A stretch of DNA of 64,000 bases from an uncultured Clostridium sp. (GTDB taxonomy: Bacteria; Bacillota; Clostridia; TANB77; CAG-508), in contig CAMNMV010000001.1 in the NCBI GenBank assembly GCA_946545015.1, forward strand, positions 26,420 through 90,419. Direction: 5' to 3'. The notes beneath the pieces were generated by a model. The model searched no databases, was not told the DNA's origin, and was given only the letters and a program-made list of their open reading frames with translations. Both the position numbers and the translations under genes were made by a program. Every line of letters begins with the position of its first letter. Within the stretch, counting starts at the first letter, position 1. Shown here piece after piece: positions 24,799-35,479 of the stretch.

Positions 24799-25847
24799 TG
24801 GAAGAAAATACTAAGGTATTGAAAAAAGGTTTTTTTAAAAAAGTTTGGTATTCAATATTTAAATTAGAAAAATATGGAGAAATGGCAGCCGAAGGTTTTG
24901 GAAGAGCAATGAACTATTTGCTTAAGCTTTCTTTCATAATCGCAGTACTAACAAGCTGTTTAGTAATTTTTCAAGTAACACAAAAAATGCAAAAAGCAGT
25001 TGACTTCTTAAATGATCAAGTTGGAGAGTTTTCTTATACTGATGGTATGTTACAGATTGATAAAGAACAACCAATAAAAGCTCCAAGTTCAACTTTTGGA
25101 GAAGTTATTGTTGATACGAATGTTGAAACTGAAGAACAATTAAATCAATATTTAGATTCTTTAGGAAATAATAAAGCTTTATTATTACTAAAAGATAAGG
25201 TTATTGTAAAAGGATTAGTAAGTGAGGAAACAATTAATTACCAATATAGTTCATTATTAAAAGAATTGAATATTAATCAAATAGATAAACAAGACGTAAT
25301 AAATTATATTACTGGTAATGAAATTTGGACTATATACATTCAAGTATTTTTAGTAATTTGTATATATTCTTTCCTTAATACATTGGTACCAATTTTAATA
25401 AATGTATTTGGATTAAGTATATTTGGATGGATAGCTACTTGGTTAGCTAAAATAAAAATGCGCTATGTGGCAGTATTTAATTTAGCGATATATTCATTAA
25501 CATTATCTGTAATATTACAAGTGGCATACATGATAGTGAATGTATTAACAGGTATAACTATGACATATTTCCAAGTAATGTATATAGCTGTTGCTGCAAT
25601 ATATTTGATAGCTGCAATATTTTTAATAAAATCTGAATTTGTGAAATTACAATTACAAAAAATAAAAGAACATGAAGAAAACGCAAAAGAGAAAAAAGAA
25701 AATGAATCTAAAACAGATGAAAAGAAAAATGAAACTGAAAAAGAAAAAAATAATGAAGAAAAAGAAGATAATAAAAAAGATGATGTAAATGAAAATGATA
25801 AAAATGAAAGAGAGACAGAAAATAACCCTGGTGGAGCAGAGGTATAG
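24798..25847 (+). CDS. Hypothetical polytopic membrane protein (DUF1189-like) with a Lys/Glu-rich C-terminal tail
   Basis: Several predicted TM helices. Start overlaps the alr stop (ATAATGG). Confidence 0.5.
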   Translation: MEENTKVLKKGFFKKVWYSIFKLEKYGEMAAEGFGRAMNYLLKLSFIIAVLTSCLVIFQVTQKMQKAVDFLNDQVGEFSYTDGMLQIDKEQPIKAPSSTFGEVIVDTNVETEEQLNQYLDSLGNNKALLLLKDKVIVKGLVSEETINYQYSSLLKELNINQIDKQDVINYITGNEIWTIYIQVFLVICIYSFLNTLVPILINVFGLSIFGWIATWLAKIKMRYVAVFNLAIYSLTLSVILQVAYMIVNVLTGITMTYFQVMYIAVAAIYLIAAIFLIKSEFVKLQLQKIKEHEENAKEKKENESKTDEKKNETEKEKNNEEKEDNKKDDVNENDKNERETENNPGGAEV

Positions 25848-25868
25848 AGAGGAGTTTATATAAAACTT

Positions 25869-27677
25869 ATGAGTAAAGATAATAAAAAAGAAGGAAAATC
25901 AAGCAAAAAGAGTCTGTATATAGTTGTTACAATTATTACTTTATTAATAATTGTGGGAATTATAACATTTATAGTAATAAACAATAATAATAAAGAGGAA
26001 AAAGATGAAAAAACTTTAGCATATACAGACTTAATTAAAGAAATTTCTTATGGAAATGTAGAAAAAATTGAGATGACAGTTGAAAGTACTACTGTAAAAG
26101 TTAAAATAAAGAATGATGAAGAAGAAAAAACATCTATTGTTCCTAATACAGAAAGTTTTATTACATTAGTTCAACAAAAAGTTGCTGAAGGAAATGAAAT
26201 TGAATTAATTCAAAATCCCAAAAGTGTTTTAGCAACGATTGCATCTACATTTGTTTCATTCTTACCTACAATAATAATGATTGCATTATTTGTTATGATA
26301 TTTAAAATGCAAGGATTAGGTGAAAAGGGTAAAGTTTATGATGAAACAGAAAGAAAAACAAAAATAAAATTTGATGATGTAGCTGGATTAGATGAAGAAA
26401 AACAAGAATTAATAGAAATTGTAGACTTTTTGAAAAAACCTGAAAAATTCACAAAAATGGGAGCACAAATTCCAAAAGGTGTTTTATTATATGGAAAACC
26501 AGGAACTGGTAAAACTTTAATAGCAAAAGCAATTGCAGGTGAAGCTAATGTTCCATTTATTTCTATGAGTGGTTCAGAGTTTATTGAAATGTTTGCAGGT
26601 TTAGGAGCTTCAAGAGTTAGAAAATTATTTGAAAAAGCAAGGAAATTAGCTCCATGTATAGTGTTTATAGACGAAATAGATGCAATAGGATCTAGAAGAA
26701 CAACTAATAGTGGTGCTGAAACAGAAAATAACCAAACACTAAATCAATTGTTAGTTGAAATGGATGGATTTGGTTCAGAAGAAACTATAATAGTTTTAGC
26801 TGCAACAAATAGACCAGAAATGTTAGATAAAGCGCTTTTAAGACCTGGAAGATTTGATAGACAAATAACAATACCAACACCAGATTTAAAAGGTAGATTA
26901 GAAATTTTAAAAATACATTCAAAAGAAAAGAAACTATCAGATGAAGTTAATTTAGAAAGTATAGCTGAAGATACAGCAGGATTTACAGGTGCTGAACTTG
27001 CTAATATTTTAAATGAAAGTGCCATAATTGCTACAATTAATAAACATGATGAAATAGAAAATAGTGATATTGAAGAAGCTGTTAAGAAAGTAACAGTTGG
27101 ATTAGAAAAAAGAACTAGAAAATATTCAGATAAAGATAAAAAATTAACAGCATATCATGAAGCAGGACATGCTGTTGTTAGTAGATATTTACCAACACAA
27201 ACAGATGTAAAAGAAATATCAATTATTCCAAGAGGTGTTGCTGGTGGATATACAATGTATAAATCAGATGATGATAAATACTATATTTCTAAAACAGAAA
27301 TGAAAGAAAAATTAATTGCTTTACTAGGTGGAAGAGCAGCTGAAAAATTAGTTTTAGATGATATATCAACAGGGGCAAGTAATGATATTGAGGTTGCAAC
27401 AAATATTGCAAGAGATATGGTTACTAAATATGGTATGAGTGATGTTTTAGGACCAATCGATTTCCAAGGAAAAGAACCATATGAAATTCAAATGTTTGGA
27501 GAAAACATTGGTGACAAAATAGGTGATGAAGTTAAAAAATTAATTGATGAAGCATACAAAAATGCCATAGATTTATTAATTGCTCATAGAGATAAATTAG
27601 ATTTGATTGCTGAAACATTAATAAAACAAGAAAAAATAAATGAACAACAATTTAATAAATTATTTGAAAATGATTAA
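25869..27677 (+). CDS. ftsH: ATP-dependent zinc metalloprotease FtsH
   Basis: Two N-terminal TM segments. AAA module GKPGTGKTLIAKAIAGEANVPF and second region of homology. Zinc site HEAGHAVV. Confidence 0.93.
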   Translation: MSKDNKKEGKSSKKSLYIVVTIITLLIIVGIITFIVINNNNKEEKDEKTLAYTDLIKEISYGNVEKIEMTVESTTVKVKIKNDEEEKTSIVPNTESFITLVQQKVAEGNEIELIQNPKSVLATIASTFVSFLPTIIMIALFVMIFKMQGLGEKGKVYDETERKTKIKFDDVAGLDEEKQELIEIVDFLKKPEKFTKMGAQIPKGVLLYGKPGTGKTLIAKAIAGEANVPFISMSGSEFIEMFAGLGASRVRKLFEKARKLAPCIVFIDEIDAIGSRRTTNSGAETENNQTLNQLLVEMDGFGSEETIIVLAATNRPEMLDKALLRPGRFDRQITIPTPDLKGRLEILKIHSKEKKLSDEVNLESIAEDTAGFTGAELANILNESAIIATINKHDEIENSDIEEAVKKVTVGLEKRTRKYSDKDKKLTAYHEAGHAVVSRYLPTQTDVKEISIIPRGVAGGYTMYKSDDDKYYISKTEMKEKLIALLGGRAAEKLVLDDISTGASNDIEVATNIARDMVTKYGMSDVLGPIDFQGKEPYEIQMFGENIGDKIGDEVKKLIDEAYKNAIDLLIAHRDKLDLIAETLIKQEKINEQQFNKLFEND

Positions 27678-27700
27678 TAATATAAAGGAAAATAAAAATA

Positions 27701-28272
27701 TGAAATTAGATACTTTAGATGATGCAATGGAATTATTTGGACAAATAGGTGGAATAGGAAATGAAAATTGTATATTTTTTGCCCAAAAAGATCAAGCACA
27801 AATAGGAGTACGTGGTAGTGTTTCAGGACCAGTTATAGGAGGCGTTGTAGACGGATTGACTGGAGGAATAGGAAGCTTAGTTGGAACAGTTGCTGATATT
27901 GCATTAGGACCAAATACTCCACAAATGGAAATTAGTAAACAAATGAATTTAGATGTATTAAATAATTATATACAATTTCTTATTAATGAGACAGAAAATA
28001 CAATTAGTATAATTCCAATTCGCATGAAAGGTGTATTTACTTCGAAAGCTGATGAAGTAAAAGTATTCCTTGAAAGTGCAAGAGTTATTCCCAAAAATCA
28101 GATAGGAAAAATTGAAATCAAAAAATTTAGTTTTTTGACTCCAACTATAAGAGGAGTAAAGTTTTATATTATGGATGGATATAAATTAGAATATATGGTT
28201 ACTACAAATTTTAAGGCTTTACCATATCACATAGAAAATTTTAAAAAATTCAATGAAAGATATAAAAAATAA
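27701..28272 (+). CDS. Hypothetical protein with a Gly-rich segment (GGVVDGLTGGIGSLVGT)
   Basis: RBS AAAGGAAAA upstream of ATG 27701. The ORF-track start at 27640 would overlap ftsH and has no RBS. Confidence 0.45.
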
Positions 28273-28307
28273 ATAATGAAAAAAATAAAAATAAGAAAAA
28301 ATAAATA

Positions 28308-28343
28308 AAGAAGCATAAATGATTTTATGCTTCTTTATTTATA
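28308..28343 (+). terminator. Rho-independent terminator (AAGAAGCATAAA-TGATTT-TATGCTTCTT-TATTT)
   Basis: Perfect 12-bp stem plus T-tract. Confidence 0.75.
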
Positions 28344-28464
28344 TTCAATGTTACAAAAATGTTACGAATAATAAGTTTTAATGACAATAAACGTTTCTAT
28401 TGAAAATAATAATATTTTTTTATAAAATTATTAAAGAATATATGATATAAAAGGAGAAAAATAT

Positions 28465-30939
28465 ATGAAAATACTAAAGAAATGTTTTGCTTTAATATTG
28501 TTGTTATTAATTGTATTTACTTCAACTAACGTTTTAGCTAATAATGATAGTAAGAGCAATATTGCATCAAAATTATCAAAATCTGAATATACAGAAGAAT
28601 ATAAGGAATATTTAAAACTTCCAGAAGAAGAACGTTCTAAGGTGAAAATTCCTAGAATGTTTGAAACAAGTGGTGATAAAACAGTTATTAGGAATCCTTT
28701 GAAAAAAGCAAGAATGGGAACTAGCATAACTGAACCTAAATTTTCTTTAAGAACTGAAATTCCTAATAATATGATTATAAAAGATCAGAAAAACACAAAT
28801 AGTTGTTGGGCATTTGCAACTATAACAGCATTAGAATCATATTTAGCGTTAAATGTAGATAATACTAAAGATTATGATTTTTCAGAAAGACATATGGAAT
28901 ATGCTACAAGTAGAAAGTTTGCAAATAACGAAATTAATTATTATGCTTTAAATAGAAATGTTGGTGATGGTGGAGATCCATTTTTAGTAGCTACTCCATA
29001 TTTAACAAATGGAATGGGTGCAATCAATGAAGAAGATATGGAATTTGAAAATAATGAAGATCAAATAAATATAAGTGAAATTAAAAATAAAGAAGTTGTT
29101 ACACAATTATATGATGCAACTGTTATTACAGATGATGATATTAATAATTTAAAAACAAAAATCAAATCTCATATAAAAAATTTTGGTGCTGTTACAGCAG
29201 GAATGAAAGGAGATAAAATATTAGAATCAGAATTCTTTAAAAACAGCACAGGTGCGTATTATTGTGATGACGCAGAACATAATGCTATTGATCATTCTGT
29301 AGCAATTATTGGATGGGATGATACATACTCTAAAGATAACTTTAATTCAAAACATAAACCAAGTAGTAATGGAGCGTGGATTATAAAAAATTCTTGGGGA
29401 GAGAAAGTTGATGTATTAAAAACATTTTTTAACTTTGATACAATGCAACAAGCAAAAGAATATATTATGCAAAATGCAAGCGCACAACTTGTTCAATTAC
29501 AAATAGAAGATGCTTCACAAATAACAGATGAACAAGTGAAAATAGTTTTACAAGCATTAATAGAAAATACTTATGGCGAAAACTATGGCAATATTTATGC
29601 GGATTCAGAATATACAATAGAAGATGGAAAAATATATATGAACTTTGCAGATGAAGGATATATGTATATTTCTTATGAAGATGAAAACATATATAAAGAT
29701 CTTTTTGGAATAGAAAAGGCTGATAATAAAGTTACTTATGAGAATATTTATCAATATAATGAAACTGGTTCTACAGCACAAATTCAAGTCCCATGTAACA
29801 AACTATATGTTGGAAATATATTTAATAAAAAGGCATCTGGAAAAGAATATTTAACCCAAGTTTCACTTACTACAGGACAAACTAATAAATGTACAGTATA
29901 TGTAAATCCTAATGGAGATAGTATGAAAAAAGAAAATTTACAAAAAGTAGAATTAAAAGCAGGAAAATATGAGGAAGTTGGAATTGGATATCATACTTTA
30001 GAATTTTCAAAAGCTGTAGAAATTAAAGCAGATAAATTTGCGATTGTAATAGAAATGGAAGCGCCTGGAAGCGATAAACTAATAATGCAAACTGAATCAG
30101 CTGATGTTAAAGTTTTAGGAGATATAGTACCAATAACAGAAGATATTAAAATAGAAAATGGAAAATGCTTTATGACATATGAAGATTCAGATGATGATTA
30201 TTTCACACAAAATCAGTGGCTTGATATGTCTGGTTTACATAATCAAAATGAACAATTGGATAATGGAGATTCTACAATAAAAGCATTTACTGTATCTAGT
30301 GTACCAGCAGGAATGGAAGATGAACCAGTAAATCCAGTAGAAGATGATGTTGCATTAAATACTGACTTTAGTACTGCACAAGGAAAAACAAATAATATTA
30401 AAATTAACTACGTTGCTGGAAATTCAAAACAAGAATATGCAACTTTTGATGTTGAAATTAGTGGTATACAAAGAAAATTAGAAAATGATAAAAATGAATA
30501 TTATTATTATCTATCACCAAATGCTGGAGAAACAAATATAAAGAATTGGGTAAAAATTTCAGAAACACAAACAGATGGTAATAAAATAAGTTTTTCAGTA
30601 AATACTAAAGATATATCAAATTATGATGAAATTTCAAAAGCAAATACATTATACATATATATAAAAGAAGTATCTACAAAAGGAACTAATACATCCGAAA
30701 AAATTTCTAAATCTATTTCTTTAGGAAAAGGATTAAATGGTAATAATGATGAAGTTGATGATAGAATACAATTAAATGATTTAAATAAATCAAATTCGGA
30801 ATCACAAGATGAATCAACAGCTCCTAAAATGTTACCAAAAACTGGAACTAGTACAATAATTATAATTGTTACAGTAGTAGGAATATTAGGATTTATTGCA
30901 TATATTAGATATAAAAAAATAAGTAGATATGTAAAATAA
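28465..30939 (+). CDS. Secreted, LPXTG cell-wall-anchored papain-family (C1) cysteine peptidase with long C-terminal beta-rich region
   Basis: Signal peptide MKILKKCFALILLLLIVFTSTNVLA. C1 catalytic residues: Q-x5-CWAF (QKNTNSCWAFA), His in DHSVAIIGWD, Asn/Trp in IIKNSWG. C-terminal LPKTG, hydrophobic stretch and a positively charged tail (RYKK). Confidence 0.8.
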   Translation: MKILKKCFALILLLLIVFTSTNVLANNDSKSNIASKLSKSEYTEEYKEYLKLPEEERSKVKIPRMFETSGDKTVIRNPLKKARMGTSITEPKFSLRTEIPNNMIIKDQKNTNSCWAFATITALESYLALNVDNTKDYDFSERHMEYATSRKFANNEINYYALNRNVGDGGDPFLVATPYLTNGMGAINEEDMEFENNEDQINISEIKNKEVVTQLYDATVITDDDINNLKTKIKSHIKNFGAVTAGMKGDKILESEFFKNSTGAYYCDDAEHNAIDHSVAIIGWDDTYSKDNFNSKHKPSSNGAWIIKNSWGEKVDVLKTFFNFDTMQQAKEYIMQNASAQLVQLQIEDASQITDEQVKIVLQALIENTYGENYGNIYADSEYTIEDGKIYMNFADEGYMYISYEDENIYKDLFGIEKADNKVTYENIYQYNETGSTAQIQVPCNKLYVGNIFNKKASGKEYLTQVSLTTGQTNKCTVYVNPNGDSMKKENLQKVELKAGKYEEVGIGYHTLEFSKAVEIKADKFAIVIEMEAPGSDKLIMQTESADVKVLGDIVPITEDIKIENGKCFMTYEDSDDDYFTQNQWLDMSGLHNQNEQLDNGDSTIKAFTVSSVPAGMEDEPVNPVEDDVALNTDFSTAQGKTNNIKINYVAGNSKQEYATFDVEISGIQRKLENDKNEYYYYLSPNAGETNIKNWVKISETQTDGNKISFSVNTKDISNYDEISKANTLYIYIKEVSTKGTNTSEKISKSISLGKGLNGNNDEVDDRIQLNDLNKSNSESQDESTAPKMLPKTGTSTIIIIVTVVGILGFIAYIRYKKISRYVK

Positions 30940-30954
30940 TAATATTACAAAAAT

Positions 30955-30993
30955 AAAAATGCTAAGTTTAGTTCTTAGCATTTTTATTTTTAC
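30955..30993 (+). terminator. Rho-independent terminator (AAAATGCTAAG-TTTAGTTC-TTAGCATTTT-TATTTTT)
   Basis: Stem-loop plus T-tract after the stop at 30939. Confidence 0.75.
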
Positions 30994-31064
30994 TATTGCA
31001 AACTAAAAAAGCTTTTGATAAAATTTAATAAAATATTGATAATTGATAATAAAAATAGAAAGGT

Positions 31065-31901
31065 GTGAATAATTTGAAAATAAGTAATATAGATGAATTG
31101 AAACAAAAGGCAATAGAAGTTAGAAAAGGAATAATTGAAGCTGTTTATAGAGGAAAATCTGGACATCCAGGAGGCTCTTTATCTGTTGCTGACATATTAA
31201 CTGTTTTATATTTTAACCAAATGAATATTGATGAAAAAAATCCAAAATGGGAAGACAGAGATAGACTTATTTTGTCAAAAGGACATTGTTCTCCAGCATT
31301 ATATAGTTGTTTAGCAAATAGAGGATTTTTTGATGCTCAAAAATTAAAAACATTTAGAAATATTGATAGTAATTTACAAGGACATCCTGATATAAATAAA
31401 GTTCCAGGAGTAGATATGACTTCAGGTTCTTTAGGACAAGGATTATCTGTTGCAAATGGAATGGCAATTGCAGGTAAAATGAATAATAAAGATTATAGAG
31501 TATATTGTGTTGTTGGAGATGGGGAAATAGAAGAAGGACAAATTTGGGAAGCTGCTATGACATCAAACAAATATAAGTTAGATAATTTATGTTTAATAGT
31601 TGATAATAACAATTTGCAAATTGATGGAACAATAGAAGAAGTTATGAGTTCTTATCCAATTGATGAAAAATTCAAAAGCTTTGGATTTCAAATTATAAAT
31701 GTTGATGGTCATAATATACAAGAAATAATTGACGCCTTTGAGGTTGCAAAAAATGTAAAAGGAAAGCCAACATGTATTATAGCTAAAACTATAAAAGGTA
31801 AAGGCATATCATTTATGGAAAATCAAGTAGGATGGCATGGAAAAGCACCTAATGATGATGAATATAAGATTGCAATGGAAGAATTAGGAGGTGTTAATTA
31901 A
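31065..31901 (+). CDS. tkt: Transketolase, N-terminal (TPP-binding) subunit
   Basis: GHPGGSLS, GDGE..EG and CLIVDNNNLQIDG motifs of the split clostridial transketolase. The start may be the TTG at 31074 (better RBS spacing) rather than the GTG at 31065. Confidence 0.88.
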   Translation: MNNLKISNIDELKQKAIEVRKGIIEAVYRGKSGHPGGSLSVADILTVLYFNQMNIDEKNPKWEDRDRLILSKGHCSPALYSCLANRGFFDAQKLKTFRNIDSNLQGHPDINKVPGVDMTSGSLGQGLSVANGMAIAGKMNNKDYRVYCVVGDGEIEEGQIWEAAMTSNKYKLDNLCLIVDNNNLQIDGTIEEVMSSYPIDEKFKSFGFQIINVDGHNIQEIIDAFEVAKNVKGKPTCIIAKTIKGKGISFMENQVGWHGKAPNDDEYKIAMEELGGVN

Positions 31902-31902
31902 T

Positions 31903-32844
31903 ATGAATGATATAGTTTTTAAAGATGAAAAAAAAGCTACAAGACAAAGTTATGGAGAAGCATTAGCTGAACTTGGAGAAAAGAATGAGAATGTAGTTGT
32001 ATTAGATGCAGATTTAGCAGGAGCAACTAAAACATCAATATTTGCTAAAAAGTTTCCAGAAAGATTTTTTGATATAGGAATTGCAGAAGCTGATATGATA
32101 GGAACAGCAGCAGGATTTGCTACATGTGGTAAAATTCCATATGCTAGTACTTTTGGTATGTTTGCAGCAGGAAGAGCATATGATCAAATAAGAAATAGTG
32201 TATGCTATCCGAAGTTGAATGTAAAAATATGTGCAACACATTGTGGAATTACAGTTGGGGAAGATGGAGCAACACATCAGATGATAGAAGATATATCAAT
32301 GATGAGGACGGTTCCTAATATGACAGTGATATCAGTATCTGATGATACACAAACTAGGTGGGCAGTAGAAGAAATATCAAAAATTAATGGACCAGTTTAT
32401 TTAAGACTATCAAGGTTAGCTACCCCAATAATTTATGACGAAAATCAAAAGTTTGAAATTGGAAAAATGGTTCAAATAGGTGAAGGAACAGATGCTACTG
32501 TTTTTGCAACAGGAGTTACAGTATCTGAAGCTATAAAAGCTAAGAACGAACTAGAAAAGCAAGGAATAAATATTAGAGTAGTTGATATTCATACTATAAA
32601 GCCAATAGATAAAGATATGATTATAAAATGTGCGAAAGAAACTAAAAAATTAATTTCAATTGAAGATCATAATGTTATTGGCGGTTTAGGTTCTGCAATT
32701 GCTGAAGTATTAACAGAGGAATATCCTAAAAAACTTGTAAGATTAGGAATAAAAGATACTTTTGGAAAATCAGGAAAAGCAGAAGAATTGATGAAATATT
32801 TTGGGATTAATTATGAAAGTATAATAAGAGAAGTAGTCGATTAA
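31903..32844 (+). CDS. tkt: Transketolase, C-terminal (pyrimidine-binding) subunit
   Basis: FDIGIAEADMIGTAAG and the C-terminal transketolase domain. Start placed at ATG 31903 (RBS GGAGGTG, 8 nt); the ORF-track GTG at 31891 lies inside the RBS. Confidence 0.88.
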   Translation: MNDIVFKDEKKATRQSYGEALAELGEKNENVVVLDADLAGATKTSIFAKKFPERFFDIGIAEADMIGTAAGFATCGKIPYASTFGMFAAGRAYDQIRNSVCYPKLNVKICATHCGITVGEDGATHQMIEDISMMRTVPNMTVISVSDDTQTRWAVEEISKINGPVYLRLSRLATPIIYDENQKFEIGKMVQIGEGTDATVFATGVTVSEAIKAKNELEKQGINIRVVDIHTIKPIDKDMIIKCAKETKKLISIEDHNVIGGLGSAIAEVLTEEYPKKLVRLGIKDTFGKSGKAEELMKYFGINYESIIREVVD

Positions 32845-32916
32845 TAAGTTAAATAGGATTGACAATTTGGCAATTTAAGAATATAATGTTAAAAAATATA
32901 AAAGGGGGAAGAAAAA

Positions 32917-33656
32917 TGGATAAGGTTTTAAACGAAATTAAAATGTTTATAACAAAACCAGTTACAAACTTAATGAAAAAAGAACAAGAAGAAGAAATTA
33001 AAGTAAGCGCTATAAAAACACTTGTTGTTGCACTTGTAGCAGCATTAATATTTGTATTAGTAATGATTGGAGTTATTGAGGCTTCATTAAAAGCGTATTC
33101 AACTTTTTCATTATTCGGAGGAGCAGATGCATTAAATCAAGCTAAGAGTGCAGCATATGCACAAGCTGACTTATTTGGTTGGTTTATTAAAATCTTCTTA
33201 GCAGTTATAGTTGCTGTAGTAGTAATTGCAGGTGTATTATTTATCGTTGCTAAATTATTAAAAGTTAACAAAGAATTTAAAAATTCTTTAGCATTAGCAG
33301 CAAACTATGCTATATATTTAGCAGTTGGATTTGTATTTTATTACATATTCTCATTATTTGCAGCACCAGTTGCAGGAGGAATTTTAATAGTAGTATCAAT
33401 ATTTGCATCATATGCAATCAAATATGCATATAAAAATTCTTTAGGTGAAGGTATTGATGATGATAAATTAACTATTTTTGCAACAATAGTTGTTAGTGTT
33501 GTTACAATAGTCGTAGCAATAATTTTAGGTGGTATGATATATTCATCTTATGCATCTATAATGAGTGGAGCTTCTAGTAGTATAACTAAACCAAGTTCTA
33601 GAAATGTAAATGATGCTTTAAATAGTTTAAATAGCTTAACAGATTTACTTAAATAA
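32917..33656 (+). CDS. Hypothetical polytopic membrane protein
   Basis: RBS AAAAGGGGGAAG, ATG 32917 (MDKVLNEIK...). Four or five TM helices. Confidence 0.5.
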
Positions 33657-33724
33657 TTTAAATTAATAAATAAATTTGAATTGTGAATTTTGTGTAAAAA
33701 ATACGAAATAGAGAAAAAAAGAGA

Positions 33725-33774
33725 AAAATACAAGAAAATGTAAAAAAACTAACATTTTCTTGTATTTTTTGTTT
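33725..33774 (+). terminator. Rho-independent terminator (16-bp stem AAAATACAAGAAAATG / CATTTTCTTGTATTTT)
   Basis: Long perfect stem plus TTTTGTTT. Confidence 0.75.
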
Positions 33775-33783
33775 AAAAAACTA

Positions 33784-33812
33784 TTGCAAAAAATGTTGTT
33801 TATTGTTATGAT
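33784..33812 (+). promoter_or_regulatory. Candidate sigma-A promoter TTGCAA-17-TATGAT for ftsEX
   Basis: Hexamers at 33784-33789 and 33807-33812 with a 17-nt spacer. Confidence 0.4.
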
Positions 33813-33885
33813 ATTAGAGAATAGGTTTATAATGCCTAAAGTGCCAAAAAAGAAGAAAAACTTTAGAATACGAGGAGAAAAAATA

Positions 33886-34572
33886 ATGATAGAATTTAGA
33901 AATGTTACAAAAACATATGATACAGGAACAAAAGCTGTAAAAAATGCTAACTTTGTAATAGAAAAAGGAGAATTTGCATTCTTAGTTGGGGCATCTGGAA
34001 GTGGAAAATCAACATTAATAAAATTAATATTAAAAGAAGAAGAACCTACATCAGGTAATATCATAATAAATGGTAAAGATACAACATTTTTGAAACAGAG
34101 TAGAGTACCATATTTGAGAAGAAGTATGGGAGTGGTTTTTCAAGACTTTAGACTTTTACCAGATAAAACAGTATATGATAACGTTGCTTATGCAATGTAT
34201 ATTGTAAGAGCAACACCAAGACACATAAGAAGACAAGTACCAATGGTATTATCATTAGTAGGATTAAGCGGAAAAGCTAAAATGTATCCACACGAATTAT
34301 CAGGAGGGGAGCAACAAAGAGTTGCACTTGCTAGAGCATTAGTTAATAATCCATCAATGTTAATAGCAGACGAGCCTACAGGAAATTTGGATCCAGATAC
34401 AGCATGGGATATAATGAATTTATTAAATGACATTAATATGAGAGGAACAACAGTAGTTGTTGCAACACATGCTAAAGATATTGTAGACAAAATGAAGAAA
34501 AGAGTTATTCAAATAAATAAAGGCGATATAATAAGAGATGATTTAAAAGGTGGGTATGATAGTGAAATATAG
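33886..34572 (+). CDS. ftsE: Cell division ATP-binding protein FtsE
   Basis: MIEFRNVTKTY start, Walker A GASGSGKST, LSGGEQQRVALARAL signature, Walker B LIADEPTGNLD. The ORF-track N-terminal extension (from 33760) lacks an RBS. Confidence 0.9.
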   Translation: MIEFRNVTKTYDTGTKAVKNANFVIEKGEFAFLVGASGSGKSTLIKLILKEEEPTSGNIIINGKDTTFLKQSRVPYLRRSMGVVFQDFRLLPDKTVYDNVAYAMYIVRATPRHIRRQVPMVLSLVGLSGKAKMYPHELSGGEQQRVALARALVNNPSMLIADEPTGNLDPDTAWDIMNLLNDINMRGTTVVVATHAKDIVDKMKKRVIQINKGDIIRDDLKGGYDSEI

Positions 34573-35479
34573 TAGATTAGGTTATTTTATTGGAGAAGGA
34601 TTTGGAAATGTATTTAAAAATAAAAAATCAACTATGGCGTCTTTAATGATAATGTGTGCAACAATGATAGTATTTGGAATATTTCTAATCCTTGGAGAAA
34701 ATATAAATTATATAGTGAAAGAAGTAGAAAAAGCACAAGGTATACAAGTGTTTATAAATTCTGATGCAACAGAAGAACAAATTAAAGAACTAGGAGAAAA
34801 AATAAAGAATCTAAAAGTTGGGGATAAATATGCAGTAAATACAGTAGTAAGAAAAGGAAAAGAAGAAGCTTTAGATTCAATGAAAGAAAGACTAAAGGAT
34901 AAGCAATATTTATTAGAAGGTTTTTCTGGAGAAAATAATATATTCCCTGAATCTTATGTTGTTACATTAACTGATTTAAATTTCAGTAAAGAGGTACAAG
35001 ATGAGATTGTAAAAATGGATAATGTTAAGAAAATAACAAGTAAAGATCAAACAATCGAAAAACTTATAAAAATAGCTAGTGGTATTAAAATAGCAACTTT
35101 TGTAATTTTATTATTATTGATATTAATTTCAATATTTATAATTGCAAATACAATAAAGTTAACAGTTCATGCAAGAAGAAAAGAAATATCTATTATGAAA
35201 TATGTTGGGGCTACAAATAATTTTATAAGATGGCCATTTATAGTAGAAGGAATTGTTATAGGAATTTTTGCAAGTGCTATTTCAATATTAATAATTGCAT
35301 TAGCATATGACTTGATTTCAGGTACTGAATTGATTCAAGGAATTACAAAATTAATAAATATGGATTTATTGAAATTTAATGAAATGTTTAATTATATATT
35401 ATTAACATATATGGGATTAGGAATTGGAATAGGAACAGTAGGAAGTATAATTTCTATGAGAAAATATTTAAAAGTATAG
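34562..35479 (+). CDS. ftsX: Cell division permease FtsX
   Basis: Four TM helices with a large extracytoplasmic loop, immediately downstream of ftsE. GTG start at 34562 has RBS AAAGGTGG 8 nt upstream; 34550 and 34556 are alternative starts. Confidence 0.85.
   Translation: MKYSRLGYFIGEGFGNVFKNKKSTMASLMIMCATMIVFGIFLILGENINYIVKEVEKAQGIQVFINSDATEEQIKELGEKIKNLKVGDKYAVNTVVRKGKEEALDSMKERLKDKQYLLEGFSGENNIFPESYVVTLTDLNFSKEVQDEIVKMDNVKKITSKDQTIEKLIKIASGIKIATFVILLLLILISIFIIANTIKLTVHARRKEISIMKYVGATNNFIRWPFIVEGIVIGIFASAISILIIALAYDLISGTELIQGITKLINMDLLKFNEMFNYILLTYMGLGIGIGTVGSIISMRKYLKV

Noticed and set aside
28348-28376. Match of the GTTACGAA repeats to the Spo0A box (TGTCGAA), CcpA cre or CodY box
   Set aside because: None of these consensus sequences aligns without two or more mismatches, so I left the motif unassigned.
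33760-33885. N-terminal extension of FtsE proposed by the ORF track (start at 33760 or at MPKVPKKKK)
   Set aside because: No RBS precedes these codons, whereas AGGAG precedes the canonical MIEFRNV start at 33886. The extension would overlap the predicted promoter.
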